Shown one piece after another: positions 12,303 to 25,900 of a stretch of DNA of 64,000 nucleotides. Where the stretch lies: the NCBI GenBank assembly GCA_043228905.1, contig JBHGNT010000011.1:10540001-10604000 (forward strand), written 5' to 3'. Below the pieces are notes generated by a model. It made no database searches. It was not told the origin of the DNA and saw nothing but the letters and a program-made list of their open reading frames with translations. The position numbers and the translations under genes are program-made. Numbering within the stretch: position 1 is the stretch's first letter; every line of letters begins with the position of its first letter. The DNA comes from Azolla caroliniana. Taxonomy: Eukaryota > Plantae > Polypodiophyta.

Positions 12303-13714
12303 ATTTCATCAATGGAGACCTATTTATTTGATGGGGGGGGTGTATCAGATATTTTCTCGGTTAATGCATGCAATGGGCATTGGACCTCGTATGCCTTGGC
12401 TCATATTTTTATTAGGACAAGATGTGGCGTTTCAATCAATGCTTAATGGGGAAGTTACAATAGATATTACCCTCACAATTCTGTTTTTCATGGGTTGGAC
12501 TTTTGGATTTATGTATGCATATGATGGCTCATAGATTTTCATTATTACAAGACATGTGTTCCGAATCACGATCATGAATATCTATTATTCAATACTTGAT
12601 TGAGAACAAGGGTTTAACACACATTGGGAGGACAACGATTAAGGCTTCATGGTGGCAATTACTGAACATATGTATTTCACTGAAGATTCCTGGCTCTTCA
12701 TGTATTCAACACTTGGTTATCTCATGGCAAGAAGCACTCTTGTTGTCTATGGAACCCATCATCTAGTATAGAGCATTGCAATTCTTCTCAATTATTATGT
12801 TGCCCTGGAAAGGAGAGATTACACCCTTACTTCAATTATTTGTTTCATTTGGGGGTCAAAGAGGTAGGAGATATAGTTGAGGCTCAATCTCAAAGAATTT
12901 TGGAGTTTGTTGAAGCATGACAATTATTAGACATCTTGCCTACTTATGGGTTTATTTGGCAACAACTACAAAATATTCCATTAATGCAAGGTCCTTTTCC
13001 TTCACAAACAGGAGAAAATTCATAGATTGATTGGTTTTTATGGGGTCAGACTCCATTTTTACAAGTGACTACTAATCTTTTGTATCATTGCTCTGTTGAG
13101 TCTCTTGGATGGCTATCATCTAAAGCTTAAGAAGAATAAAAAATACACAAATCTAATCATGGATGGTGGCAAATCTTAAAATGTATTTGGCATTCTAAAT
13201 TGTCACTTGTAGCAAAGGTCTTCATTTGGAGAGATTTGATTACGGGATTGCCTTTGGGATTAGCTCTAAAGCATCTTAGACTAGGAATGGGCAATTGCTT
13301 CGTTTGCACTATTCAAATGGAAGATAGTACTCATTGTTTTTTACAATGTCCGATTGATTGTCCGATTTGGAGTAACTGTTACATTTCTCAAATTTGGCAA
13401 GTGTTATCACGATGTTATTTGACGCCAAGATAGTGGATGTTTGCACAATTTACACGGGTTGACCCAAAATAGGAGATGGAGATCGTTTTCCTATTTTTGA
13501 GGTATTGGGGATTGCGTCATAATTGGGATATGTGCAATTTTTTTGTATTTGATGTTAGGCATGGAGTGAAAGCATATCTACGAAATTTGAAGGGAGTACT
13601 AATGTGGCAATTTTCTTTATTGAAGCAAGTGGAAATTCTTTCCTTAGTGGTGTTTGTCTTGCCTATTGGCAATTCAACATGTTGCACTACCCATGGAGTG
13701 TAGTTAGTATAAAA

Positions 13715-13759
<45 letters not shown>

Positions 13760-14560
13760 GGTAAGGTTGCCCAATGTACAAGAGGAGGTCATGGGTTCAA
13801 CCCTTACATTCCATAGTTGCATCTAGTAAATCAAGAGGATATGTATGGAGTAATGGAGAGATGAGAAAATTAGGTTTCGAACCCAAGGCGTAGTGTAAGT
13901 AGTGCAACAAACTCACCACTAGGGTGAGGTAATTGTGATAAAGAGAAATATTGTTCAATATTTCATTGACTTGAATGAGGCTCAGTTTAACACCTAGGTA
14001 TAACACATGGGAGGACAACAATTAAGGCTTCATGGTGGCAATTACTGAACAAATGTATTCCACTTTGCATTTCCTTGATCTTCATATGTTCAAAACTTGG
14101 TTGTCGCATGGCATGAAGTGTTCTTGTTATTTGTATGGAAACCATCATCGAGTAGAGAGCATTGTACTCATCGTTTTATACAATGTCTAACTGCTTGTTA
14201 GATTTAGCGTTACATTTCTCAAATTTGGCACGTTTTGTCATAGTGGTATTGACTCTAACATAGTGGGTGTTTGCATAATTCTGACAGGTCAACCTAAAAT
14301 GAGAGATGAAGATCATTTACTTATTTTTGAGGTATTGGGGATTGCATCATAATTGGGATATGCGCAATGCCTTTGTATTTGATGGTAGGCATGGAGTGAA
14401 CGCATATCTACGAAATACTAATGTGGCAATTTTCTTTATTGGACCAAGTGGAAATTCTTCCCTTAGTGGATTGTTCATCTTGCCTATTGGCATTTCAACA
14501 TGTTTTACTACTATGTAGGGTTGACAATGCTCCATTGTGATACCCATTATAAGAAGTGTT
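12303..14560 (+). pseudogene. Highly degenerate L1-type LINE ORF2 3' region (zf-RVT), partly duplicated
   Basis: KVFIWRDLITGLPLG...CFVCTIQMEDSTHCFLQCP matches the zf-RVT pattern; 13340-13700 is similar to 14180-14520; many stops. Confidence 0.7.
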
Positions 14561-14593
14561 TTTCACATGTGTTTATTAATAAAATTGCGTGTT

Positions 14594-14650
<57 letters not shown>

Positions 14651-14744
14651 GTTTTCACACACAAAAATTATTTCCACTCTATTTCAATAAAAATATGACT
14701 TTACAAGTATATGTATATATGATAACCCTTTGATTTATCTACAT

Positions 14745-15127
14745 CATAGTTCTAGCCATACGTCCCATTCGTGTCATACTCAAATGCCAATATTCGTATC
14801 ATACTCATACGTGAAAAGGCTCCAAGTATGATTGAAATCCATACACGGTACATAGATATATACATATGGTGTACATTGTGTGTGTGTGTGTGTGAGAGAG
14901 AGTGAGAGAGAGAGTGTGTGTGTGTATGTGTGGTCTAGAGAGAGAAGCCTTGTTTTGCATGTGTGAGGAGACAGTGGTTGAGTGTATATCTAGACTCTAG
15001 AGAGAGAGAGAAAGAGAGAGGAGCTATGGGTTTTGTCTGTGTGAGGGAGTGTGTAATATGTATATTAGATATCTAGATTTTGTAGAGAGAGAAGATCTAT
15101 CAATTCTCGTGTGAGACAGAGAGAGAG

Positions 15128-15167
<40 letters not shown>

Positions 15168-15326
15168 AGACATCACTTCTATTCACAAAGAATTATGAAT
15201 ATCAAAAATTTTAAAAAGCCAAAAAAAGAAGAAGAAGCGAAACGAATATCGCGTATCATACACGTACGTTTGCAAACGTTCATGTACATCCAGTAAATTG
15301 GACGTACACGAATATTAGGAACTATG
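14745..15326. mobile_element. hAT-type MITE copy 1, containing microsatellites
   Basis: TIR CATAGTTC/GAACTATG; perfect 8-bp TSD ATCTACAT (14737-14744, 15327-15334). Confidence 0.9.
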
Positions 15327-15364
15327 ATCTACATATATAATGTTTGTTGTATATGTGTCCATAT

Positions 15365-15503
15365 CATAGTTCTAGCCATACGTCCCATTCGTGTATACTC
15401 AAACGCCAATATTCGTATCATACTCATACGTGAAAAGGCTCCAAGTATGATTGAAATCCATACGTGGTACATAGATATATACATATGGTGTATATGGTGT
15501 ACA

Positions 15504-15560
<57 letters not shown>

Positions 15561-15953
15561 CGTGTGTGGTCTAGAGAGAGAAGCCCTGTTTTGCATGTGT
15601 GAGGAGACAATGGTTTAGTGTATATCTAGACTCTAGAGAGAGAGAGAGAGAGAGAGGAGCTATGGGTTTTGTCTGTGTGAGGGAGTGTGTAATATGTATA
15701 TTAGAAATTTAGATATCTAGATTTTGTAGAGAGAGAAGATCTGACAGTTCTCGTGTGAGAGAGAGAGAGAGAGTGTGTGTGTGTGTCAAACATCACTTCT
15801 ATTCACAAAGAATTATGAATATCAAAAATTTTAAAAACCCAAAAAAAGTCAAAAAAAAAAGAAGCCAAACGAATATCACGTATCATACGCGTACGTTTGC
15901 AAATGTTCGCGTACGTCCAGTAAATTGGACGTACGCGAATATTAGGAACTATG
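15365..15953. mobile_element. hAT-type MITE copy 2, same family and orientation
   Basis: TIR CATAGTTC/GAACTATG; perfect 8-bp TSD GTCCATAT (15357-15364, 15954-15961). Confidence 0.9.
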
Positions 15954-16149
15954 GTCCATATCATGCACACAATCTAACACTCCCTCATAATGGGCATATA
16001 CAATGTAACCAAGTTAGCTAGTCAACCTTTGAATCAATTTAAAGTCTATTTGAGTGGGAAAATAACATAGTTGATATGATAGAAGTGTTTTGGTCATGGC
16101 ATAAGATATATTGTTGAGAGTCAAAATCTTGTCGATGACACATTCCCGA

Positions 16150-17000
16150 TTAAAGTCATATCAAATTTCTATATGTGTTGATGCCAAATGATGGATTGGA
16201 GTTGCTCAAGAAGCAATCCCCGATCATGAGTTCCACAGATTGCCCTCAGTCTAACAGACAAACAAAATGAGTTAATCATATCATTGACAATATGCTTCGA
16301 GTATATGTAGCTAAGAAGCCTACTAAATGGGAACAATATCTTCCTATTTGGAGTTTGCATATAATGGCTCCAAACATACATCGACTGGATATAGTCCTTT
16401 TATGTTGATGTATGATTTTCAACCATGTGCCCAAATTGATGTCAACATTTATCTGATGAGCTACACTTTATACAAAATTTTCTAAGGGATATGCAAGATA
16501 TGTTGCATATAGTTTTGGATAATATAAAAATAGTTCAAGATAGAGCTCACTTTTATGTTGACCAACATCAGTAACCCTGTGTATTTCTCCCTGGACAAAA
16601 AGTGTTTTTATGTGTGCCTCATGACTCTACGACGTTGTATACGGGTACGTGTGCTAAATTAACCCCATACTTTTGTGTAACTTTCACAATCTTCAAGTGC
16701 ATGGTTCATCTACCTATTGCCTCAAACTTCCAGTAGGGATCAAAGTTCATCCTGTATTTTATGTTACTCGTCTCAAAGAACTCTTGGATTTTGAAATAAT
16801 TCAGTTTCCATTAAAACTTTGGACACTTAAGAGAATTTCTTTTCCAAATGTCATAAGCCAAAAAGGATTCTCAATTCAATAACTAAACATTTACATTCTA
16901 AGTATATTTGAGAGTTTAAAATTAAATGGATGGATGGTTCTATTGAAGATGCTAGTTGGGATTAAGAAAATGCTCTTAAAATAAATTTCCCTAACTTTTC
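16150..17000 (+). pseudogene. Old Ty3/gypsy integrase/chromodomain remnant
   Basis: Fragments PTKWEQYLP, YCLKLPVGIKVHPVFYVTRLK and FKIKWMDGSIEDASW in mixed frames. Confidence 0.65.
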
Positions 17001-17129
17001 ATGGCAAGAGTTTAAAAGAGAGAAGGCGAAGAGAACAAAAGAGCAACGTAAGCTCACAAATTCTCAGACGGAGGGAAATTATGAGGTGTAAGTTCATGTG
17101 AATTATTATAATCAAAGATAAGTTGTGAA

Positions 17130-17250
17130 ATATGAGTTATAAGTTAGTATTTCAAGATACATATATATAATATATGAGTTATAAGTTAGTATTTTCAAGA
17201 TATATATAATATATGAGTTATAAGTTAGTATTTCAAGATATATATAATAT
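17130..17250. repeat. Three-copy tandem repeat of about 40 bp (ATATGAGTTATAAGTTAGTATTTCAAGATA...)
   Basis: Direct repeats visible at about 17130, 17172 and 17211. Confidence 0.85.
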
Positions 17251-17289
17251 ATATATTATTTGAAGATACTTGTGGTCTATTGTTTTGAA

Positions 17290-19607
17290 CAATCCTTTTG
17301 ATCCATGTTGATCCAGAAAAACCATTCATCATTGAAACAGACGTGTCGGATTTCGCCTTGGGTAGCATTCTATCTCAATAAGGCGATGATGAAAAGCTAC
17401 ATCCTGTGGCTTTCCATTCACGCAAGTTTGACGCCACGGAAATCAACTATGAAATTCATGATAAGGAGCTATTAGCAATAGTGGACTCTTTTACGCAATG
17501 GAGGCATTTTCTAGAGGGGTCTTCTCATCAAGTCATCGTATTCAGTGATCACAAAAACCTTGCCTACTTTCATAATGCTCGTGTGTTAAATCGACGTCAA
17601 GCTCGGTGGGCCCAATTCCTCACTCGTTTCAACTTCAAAATTACATATCATCCAAGGAAGCAACAAGGGAAGGCAGATGCATTATCACGGCACTCGTATC
17701 TAGACTGCATCCTGGCGAGCCAGCTTTCGATAACCAAAAGCAAGTAATCTTGGGACCGGCACGACTGCAAGCAATGTAGGTCTTCGGTATGCCCTTGGAT
17801 TCCCACGTTATGAATACCATACGTGTGGACTTAGAGACAGATGTTTTCGCTCAAACCATACTAGCACAAATTGATCCCTCTTGAGCATCTTGTTCACAGT
17901 TGCAACAACCAGGTATAGACTATCGACAATTCGAATGTCATGATGGATTACTATTCTTTAAGAAACTCTTGTATGTGCCTAATGGTACTTGTCGCCTTCA
18001 AGTAGTCCAAAATTGTCATGACACATATACAGCTAGGCATTTTGGTAGTACGAAAACACTAGATTTAGTATAACGATCATTCTAATGGCCCCATATGCGA
18101 CAATTTGTCAAAGATTTTGTTCGGACTTGTGATACATGTTGCAGAGCAAAAATGCCAAGACATCATCCATATGGTTTATTAGAACCAATACCAATTCCAA
18201 GCAAGCCATGGCAATCCATTGCCCTAGATTTCATCACAGATCTTCCGGTCTCTAAGGGATTCAATGCGATCTTAACAGTAGTAGATCGATTTACGAAGAT
18301 GGCCCATTTCCTGCCATGTACTAAGGAAATCTCTAGTGAAGAAACCGTTGAAATTTTCATGCGTGAAGTATGTTAGCATCATGGCCTTCCCGATAGTATC
18401 ATCAACGACCGTGAACCCTAGTTCGTCTCGAAGTTCTGGAAGCACCCCTTTAAAATGCTTAAGGTCACTTGTAACCTCTCCTCCGGCTACCACCCGCAAA
18501 CAGACAGCCAAGCAATACGAACAAATCAAACGCTAGAGCAGTATCTTCAGTGCTTTTTAAGCTATCATCAAGATGACTGGGCGGATATTCTCCACTTCGC
18601 CGAATTTGCGTATAATAATTGTCCACTCATCGACAAAGGTGACACCATTTTATGCTTACACAAGTTGTCACCCCCAGTGGTGTGTATTTGAAACCCCAGA
18701 GTTACCTACAAATCCTTGTGTAGAGGATCGTTTGGAGTGGCTACGTAAGATACAAGCGGATTTATCTACTCAGCTATAGCAAGCTCAACAAACACACAAG
18801 GTTTACACGGATCGTCATCGACTTCCATCCTATTTTGACATTGGAGATCGGGTGTGGCTACTACGACAACACATCAAGACTACTCGCCCATGCGAGAAGT
18901 TGGATTACCGATGATTAGGTCCTTTCTGTATTATTAGAAAAATTAATGATGTTGTTTTTCGTCTCGATCTACCTCCACAACTTCGGATACATCCGGTGTT
19001 TCATAGTTCTCTCCTCGAACCCTATCTAAGCAGCGCCATCCCAGGTCGTATTAAACAACCTCCATCCCCAATCGAGCTTGAAGATGGACCTGAGTATGAG
19101 GTTACCGCCATCCTCGGTTCCAAGATTGTTCGCAAGAAGCTCTACTATTTAGTCTATTTGCTAGGATATAGTCCCAGCGAGCGTACTTGGGAACCAATAG
19201 AGAATGTGACCAATGCTCGTGCTCTTCTTGAAGACTTCCATTGTCAATATCTAGACAAACCGGGTCCTCAATCCAAAACAATTTGTGACACTTGTCATTT
19301 TAAATTGGGGATAGTGTCATGATATGGCAAGACTCGAACCCATGACCTTATGTTACATGGGTCGAGCTCTTGACCATTAAACTATATGTTGTAATACGAA
19401 AGATATTATTTTCATTTAAGTTTTACTATAGAAAATCGATGTATATTCCAGAGAAATATTCTAGAAACTTCAAGAGTACTCCTAAGAACACTATAAAAGG
19501 AGGCACAACGCATTATTTCGAAGCAAATCGGTTCAACGCCAATCTTAAGCCTCCTAGCTACTATTGTATATTCCCTTAACATAATATATATATATATATA
19601 TTATCCT

Positions 19608-19670
<63 letters not shown>

Positions 19671-19787
19671 CTTCTCTTGAGAGTTCTACACCTCCCTTAG
19701 TACTAATCCTCATCTTTTAGTACTAATTCCTTCTCTGTTTAGTACTGTTCCTGACAGTACTTCTCTATCTTAGTACTGCTCCTGACA
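17290..19787 (+). mobile_element. Ty3/gypsy chromovirus copy 2 (RNase H, integrase, chromodomain, 3' LTR 19315-19787)
   Basis: [15 protein letters not shown]; INT zinc finger and PWQSIALDFITDLP; chromodomain [39 protein letters not shown]; LTR homologous to 11833-12302. Confidence 0.93.
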
Positions 19788-19929
19788 GTCCGTGCACGTG
19801 TGATGCGCATTTCACAACAACGGGGGACTTGGATCCATTTCTCATCTTCTTCTGGGGGTGGTCAGGTGGATTGACGTAGTTTTCTTCCTTATTTTCTTCT
19901 TTAATTTTGCTTATCATTAATTAAGATTC

Positions 19930-22900
19930 TAACACAATGACTTGTGATGACTCCACACACACGGTTGTGCACATCGAGGATGTGCCATTTGGTAATTATG
20001 ACAACAAGGGTTACATCAATGATGTACTATATGTCTAGACGATCACAGAGAATTTAGTCTTGGTTGACCAAATTATCAAGAAAGGAATGCAAGTATAATT
20101 CAATCAGCGAAGTTGTTTCTTTGAGGATAAGATTCGACTTATCTCTCATGTAAGAAGGGAAGATCTCAAGAGTGAGGAAGAAGAGAGGTTGAGGACCATT
20201 ACAATGTATTGCCCGACATGAAGAAATCTTTGATGCAATGTCACATTGACTATAATGCCCTATAGAAAGAAGAAAGGGTAAGTTGCCTTAGCATGGCCTT
20301 GGGTGAAGGCTCTAATTATTAAGGAAATTGGGAGTAAAGAAGGCTGTAAAAAGTAGTGTGCTGAAGCAAGTATAAAGACAGAACAGAAGGGAGACACTCA
20401 GGTTTAATGGAGAGCTTGAGCTTACACAGTATACGCGGGAGAGACCGAGAGAGTTGGAGAGAAGACACCAAGGGAGAATCATATTATTAAAGACAAAAAA
20501 CAATACATATATGTGTTCAATGAACACTTTGTACAAGCCCTAGAAGGACTAACTGGAGTACTGACAGTACTTCAATGCTCATTAAGAGCTCCTACACTAA
20601 CTCCCAAATATATTCCTCACGGAATATCTTTCCTAACGGCCTGACCGATCGGTCCCAGTCGATCCGGTCCTCGGCTTCTTCAGCCGATCCGGCCGATGTT
20701 CAGCTTGTCTCTCAACACTCCCCCTCAAGCTCAACTTGAGGCTCTTCGGGATCTTCACAGCTCCGGTTCCTCTTGGCTTCACGCCTCGCTCGCGCTCCTC
20801 GACCTGTTCGACTCTGCGCGCTTCGACCCTTACGGTCGGCTTGTCTGCTCATGTGACCCTTATCAACTCTTCTGTTGTTGCGGTGTCGACACTTCTTCTG
20901 CTGCCTTTTCTTCTGCTTGGGCCTCGGTTGATTCAACGTGTCTAAATCAAACATCCGAACCGACTCGGCTACTTCCGATCGGTTTTCACTCTCGTCCGAG
21001 TTGGCTGTCTCCAACTCGTCTTCAGTCTTCTCGCCCTCGATTGCGTCATCTCCCCCATGCGTGGTTGGCTTCGGCTCTCTCCTTCGGCTGCTCCCCTTCT
21101 GTCCGCTTTCGGACTTTTCCGTGGATCCGCCCTCGGCTTCTTCAGCCGATCCAAACTCGAACTCGACAACCGAGTCAACCGACTCGGACTCGGTGTCGCG
21201 GTCTCCGCTCCTTTCCTGCTGCCTTGCTTGGTCGTTCGGGACTGTTCTCCCCCTCAAGTATGGCACGTCGAGGTGACGCAACCCGAGCGCACCTGAGAAT
21301 TGCCGCAACTTGTCCAGACCAAGCGGCTTTGTGAAGATGTCGGCAGTTTGTCGATCCGTCAGCACGTACTGAAGTTCGACTTCACCGAAAAGGACACGCT
21401 CATGGACGAAATGGTAGTGCACCTCAATATGCTTGGTCCGTGCATGGAAAACGGGGTTCTTCGCGAGCTGGATGTTGCTGAGGTTGTCGCAGTAGATCGT
21501 CGTCGGATCTGACACCTCCACCTGTAGGTCCTTAAGTAGCCGCTTCAACCATATGGCTTCGCATGTCGCGATAGCCGCTCCTCGGTACTCATCTTCGGTG
21601 CTCGACAGTGCAACTGTCGGCTGCTTCTTACTGCTCCTCGCGATCGCGGCACTCCCGAGGGAGAACGCGTATCCGAACGTGGATCGGCGATCGGCGGCGT
21701 TGCCAGCCCAATCAGCATCGGTGTAGCCGACTAACTGCGCGGCTGCACCGGTCCGATATAGCAGTCCTCGGTCCTTAGTGCCACTTACGTACCGCAGTAC
21801 GCGTTGCGCACACTGAAGGTGCTCCTCGGTAGGTCGCGCCATGAACTGACTGATCACCCCGACAGGATAACTGAGGTCGGGTTGGGTGATGGTCAAGTAT
21901 ATGAGGCTTCCGACAATTTGTCGGAACCTCGTCGGGTCGCATACCTTTCCCGTATTGGGACGAAGCTTGACGGTTCTGTCCAGAGGAGTCGAGACGGACT
22001 TACAATCGACCATCCCGAATTTGAAGAGCATACCCAGCACGTAATGACGTTGGCTGATCAATATGCCTTCGGGGGTATGGATCACTTCGATCCCGAGGAA
22101 GTAATGAAGGTCCCCCAGATCCTTCATGTCGAACGATGCCACAAGCTGGAGCTTCACGCGGTCGATTTCACCTAGGTCGGCGCCGGTGATGACCAAGTCA
22201 TCGACATATAGTAGAATACTAACCGGTCCGAGTCAACCTTTCCGGATGAACAGGGAAGAGTCCGATTTTGACGTGACAAAGCCCATCCGACGCAGTTGTT
22301 GCATGATCTCCGCGTTCCAGGCACGCGGGGCTTGCTTCAGTCCGTAAAGGGACTTCTTCAGTCGGCATACTACCGAGGAGTTCGTTCCAGAGTGAAATCC
22401 GGGGGGTTGTACCATGTACACTTGTTCCTCAAGGTCACCTTGCAGGAACGCATTCTCTACATCCATCTGATGTAAGTGCCACCCCTTGGCCGCGGCTACT
22501 GCGAGCTAAACACGGATGGTCGTCATTTTCGCGACCGGCGCAAACATCTCATCGTAGTCGATGTCGTGTTTCTGCGCGTAGCCCTTTGCCACTAGCCGAG
22601 CCTTGTACCGGTTGACCGAGCCATCGGTGTTGTACTTGACTTTGTACACCCACCTACACCCGATCGGTTTTACCCCTGTTGGTGTGTCAACCAGGTCCCA
22701 GGTCTCGTTCTCCGCCAATGCATGCATCTCTTCCTCCATCGCGGCACGCCAGTTCGCGTCTTTGGTCGCTTCTGCGTAGCTCTCTGGCTCACGCACTTCC
22801 GCTACACGGGTCATGTACGCATAATGATGCGCCATGTACTCGTTGTATCCGAACCGCAAAACAGGATTCTTCTGGCAGGTAGATCGGCGTAATCTCACAT

Positions 22901-25900
22901 TAACCGATGTCGAGGCCTTCTCAGTTGACGCGGTCTTCATCTTTAAAGACCTGTCACCGGTTCCCTCGGAGTCGGACACGCGTCGGTCTGACTCGTTCCT
23001 TTCCGTGCCGGAATCTGACACCTTCTTCTTCTTCCCTTTCTCTTTGCGCGTAAGCCGTCTCCTCGGCTTCTTGCGCGGGGAATGCACGGCCGAGTCTCCA
23101 CTACTCGCCGGCTCTTCATTGGACTGGTCGTACCGACTCAGTCGTCCAATCGGTCCACTTAACCGGAGTGAAGTCGGACTCTCTTCGCGGGTCTCGATTT
23201 CGGGCTGATCCAGAGGCATCTCGGCCTCGCTGACCTCATCGTCAGAGCTCGGATTGGAGTCGAGGTTCGTAGTCAGGGGCAGGTACCAGGACGCGGACTC
23301 GTCAAACACAACGTCGCGGCTGACACGCGCTTGTTTGGTGCGAGGGTTATAGCACTTATAACCCTTCTGCTCGTCCGAGCAACCGACCAAGATGCATTTC
23401 TCGGCCTTTGCGTCCAGCTTCCTCCTTTTCTCCTTTGGTATATGCACATACGCAATGCTACCGAACACCCTCAAGTGTCGCAAGTTCGGCTTCGTTCCGA
23501 AATATAGCTCGTGCGCCGACACTTTGTCTCCGATCCGGTTCTGGATGTATACCGCGGTCCTTACCGCCTCGGTCCAATAGAACTTGGGCAAGCTCTTCTC
23601 CTCTAGCATTGCCCGTGCCGCTTCCGCAACTGACCGATTAGAACTTGGGCAAGCTCTTCTCTCGGCCACACCGTTCTGCTCCGGCGTGTATCTACAACTG
23701 AATTCGCGCCGAATTCCCATTTGTTGTAGATAACCGTTGAATTGACCAGAGAAGTACTCTTTCCCGCCATCCGACCGCAGGCACTTGATCTTTCGTCCTG
23801 TTTCCGTTTCCACGAACCCTTTGAGGTCCCGAAAGCAGTCGAAGACTTCGCTCTTCCTCTCAATGAGGTAGATCCACGTGTGCCGCGTGTGGTCGTCGAT
23901 GAAGGAGACGAAATATCGGCTCCCGCTAAGACTAATGTTTTGTGCCGGCCCCCATACATCGGAGTGTATAAGGTCGAGCTTGTTCCGGCTCCGGTTTCGC
24001 TCGTTGGGGAAAGGAAGTCGGTGTTGCTTCCCGAGCTGGTAGGCTTCACAAATTTGTGCCTTTCGGCCACTAAATTTGGGCAATCCGAACACTACCTGTT
24101 TCGATTGCAGATCTTGAAGCCGCTAGTGGTTGACGTGGCTTATCCGCTTGTGCCACAAGTCGATGTCCGACTCGGATTTTTGTCCCTTCGCGAACATTGC
24201 GGTGCCGCCGTTAGTGGAGTCGAGGATGAACATCCTCCCATCTCTGCTCCCTTGCGCAATCACACGGCCTTCTTCCTCAATTAAGCACCCGAGGTGTGTA
24301 AACCGAACCTCCATCCCTTGGTCGACGATCTGTCCGACCGAGACCAAGTTTTTCGTGATTGTTGGAACGTGCAGCACGTTCATGAGTTTCCCTTTCTGCC
24401 CGACATGGCTAAGGGGAACTTCTTCGACATTCGCGATCGGATGCGGAGTGTCGTCTCCTGTTGCGACTACTCCAGGTTGTATCGGTTTTTCAAGGTATGA
24501 GAACCACTCCTTATGGCTCGTCATGTGGTTTGACGCGCCAGAGTCTACGTACCACACCTCGTCCGATCTTGGGGTGCTCTGTTTCATTGAGTTTGCTTCG
24601 TGTCTCGACATGAAGGCAGACCCTTCTCCAGCTCTCCCGGAGTCTTCGGCGTAGTGCGATCACTGCCGATTTCCCTTGTCGGTATGTCTGGAGCCGTTTC
24701 TCTCCGAATCGACGCGCTTCTTCCAGCACTCACTTTCCCTGTGGCCTTTCTTGCCACAGTACCAGCACTCCGCGATGGCCTTCCCTTGCCGGTTCTCATC
24801 GCTTCAACTCCCCCTGTTTCCGGAGGGTCCAGAGTTGTTGTCGGCATCACTTCGGTGCCTTCTTCCTTGATCTCGTCGGCCGCCTCCATTGCGCGCCGAC
24901 TCGCCTCATCCTCCACGTCCACGAGGCCTATCTCCCTCTGTGTACAGCATTCTGTTGTCAGTGTGCGTGCTTGTAGACGCACCCGCGTGGTTCTCCTCTA
25001 CCAGGAGCATTGACTGTAAGTCGAAAAAGGACGGTGTATTCTCCCGGGTACACACAGCCGTTCGGAACGCTCCGAACTTCGACGCCAAACCTCCGAGACA
25101 GATCTGGACCATCTCTCTCTCCTCGATGTTCACCTCTATGGAGGCGAGGGAGTCGCAGATATCCTTAATCTTCGAGGTATAGTCCGCCACCGACAAGTCG
25201 CGTTGTCGTAGGTTGCTCAACTCCTGTCGGAGCTGAAGTTTCCTGGCTGTGGTGCTCACGGCGAAAATCTTCTTCAAATTTTCCCACGCACCCTTCGGCG
25301 TCTTTGCATCCCAAACATAGCTCAATAGTTGTTCGCCCACACACGACGCGAAGCAGTATAATACCCTACTCGCCGATTGCTCCCACGAAGGAAAGTCTCT
25401 GTGTGTCGATTCGGGTGCCGCGTCATTAGCTCCTTCGACATAACTCCAGTAGCCGTGCCCGAGCAAGTACTGGTGCATCTTGTAGGACCAAGACGCGTAG
25501 TTGGTTCTGTCGAGCTTCTCTGTTGGAAGCGAGCTCGCCATGCCTCTATCCATCGTTCTTCTTGTTCTTCTTCGTCAAGCTGTGTCGGCTGCAGAGAGGT
25601 TCTCAACCCTCGCGCTCTGATACCATGTGAAAAGTAGCGTGCGGAAGCAAGTATAAAGACAGAACAGAAGGGAGAACACTCAGGTTTAATGGAGAGCTTG
25701 AGCTTACACAGTATACGCGGGAGAGACCGAGAGAGTTGGAGAGAAGACACCAAGGGAGAATCATATTATTAAAGACAAAAAACAATACATATATGTGTTC
25801 AATGAACACTTTGTACAAGCCCTAGAAGGACTAACTGGAGTACTGACAGTACTTCAATGCTCATTAAGAGCTCCTACACTAACTCCCAAATATATTCCTC

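Noticed and set aside
14745-15953. Apparent 620-bp tandem duplication
   Set aside because: Distinct 8-bp TSDs show two separate MITE insertions.
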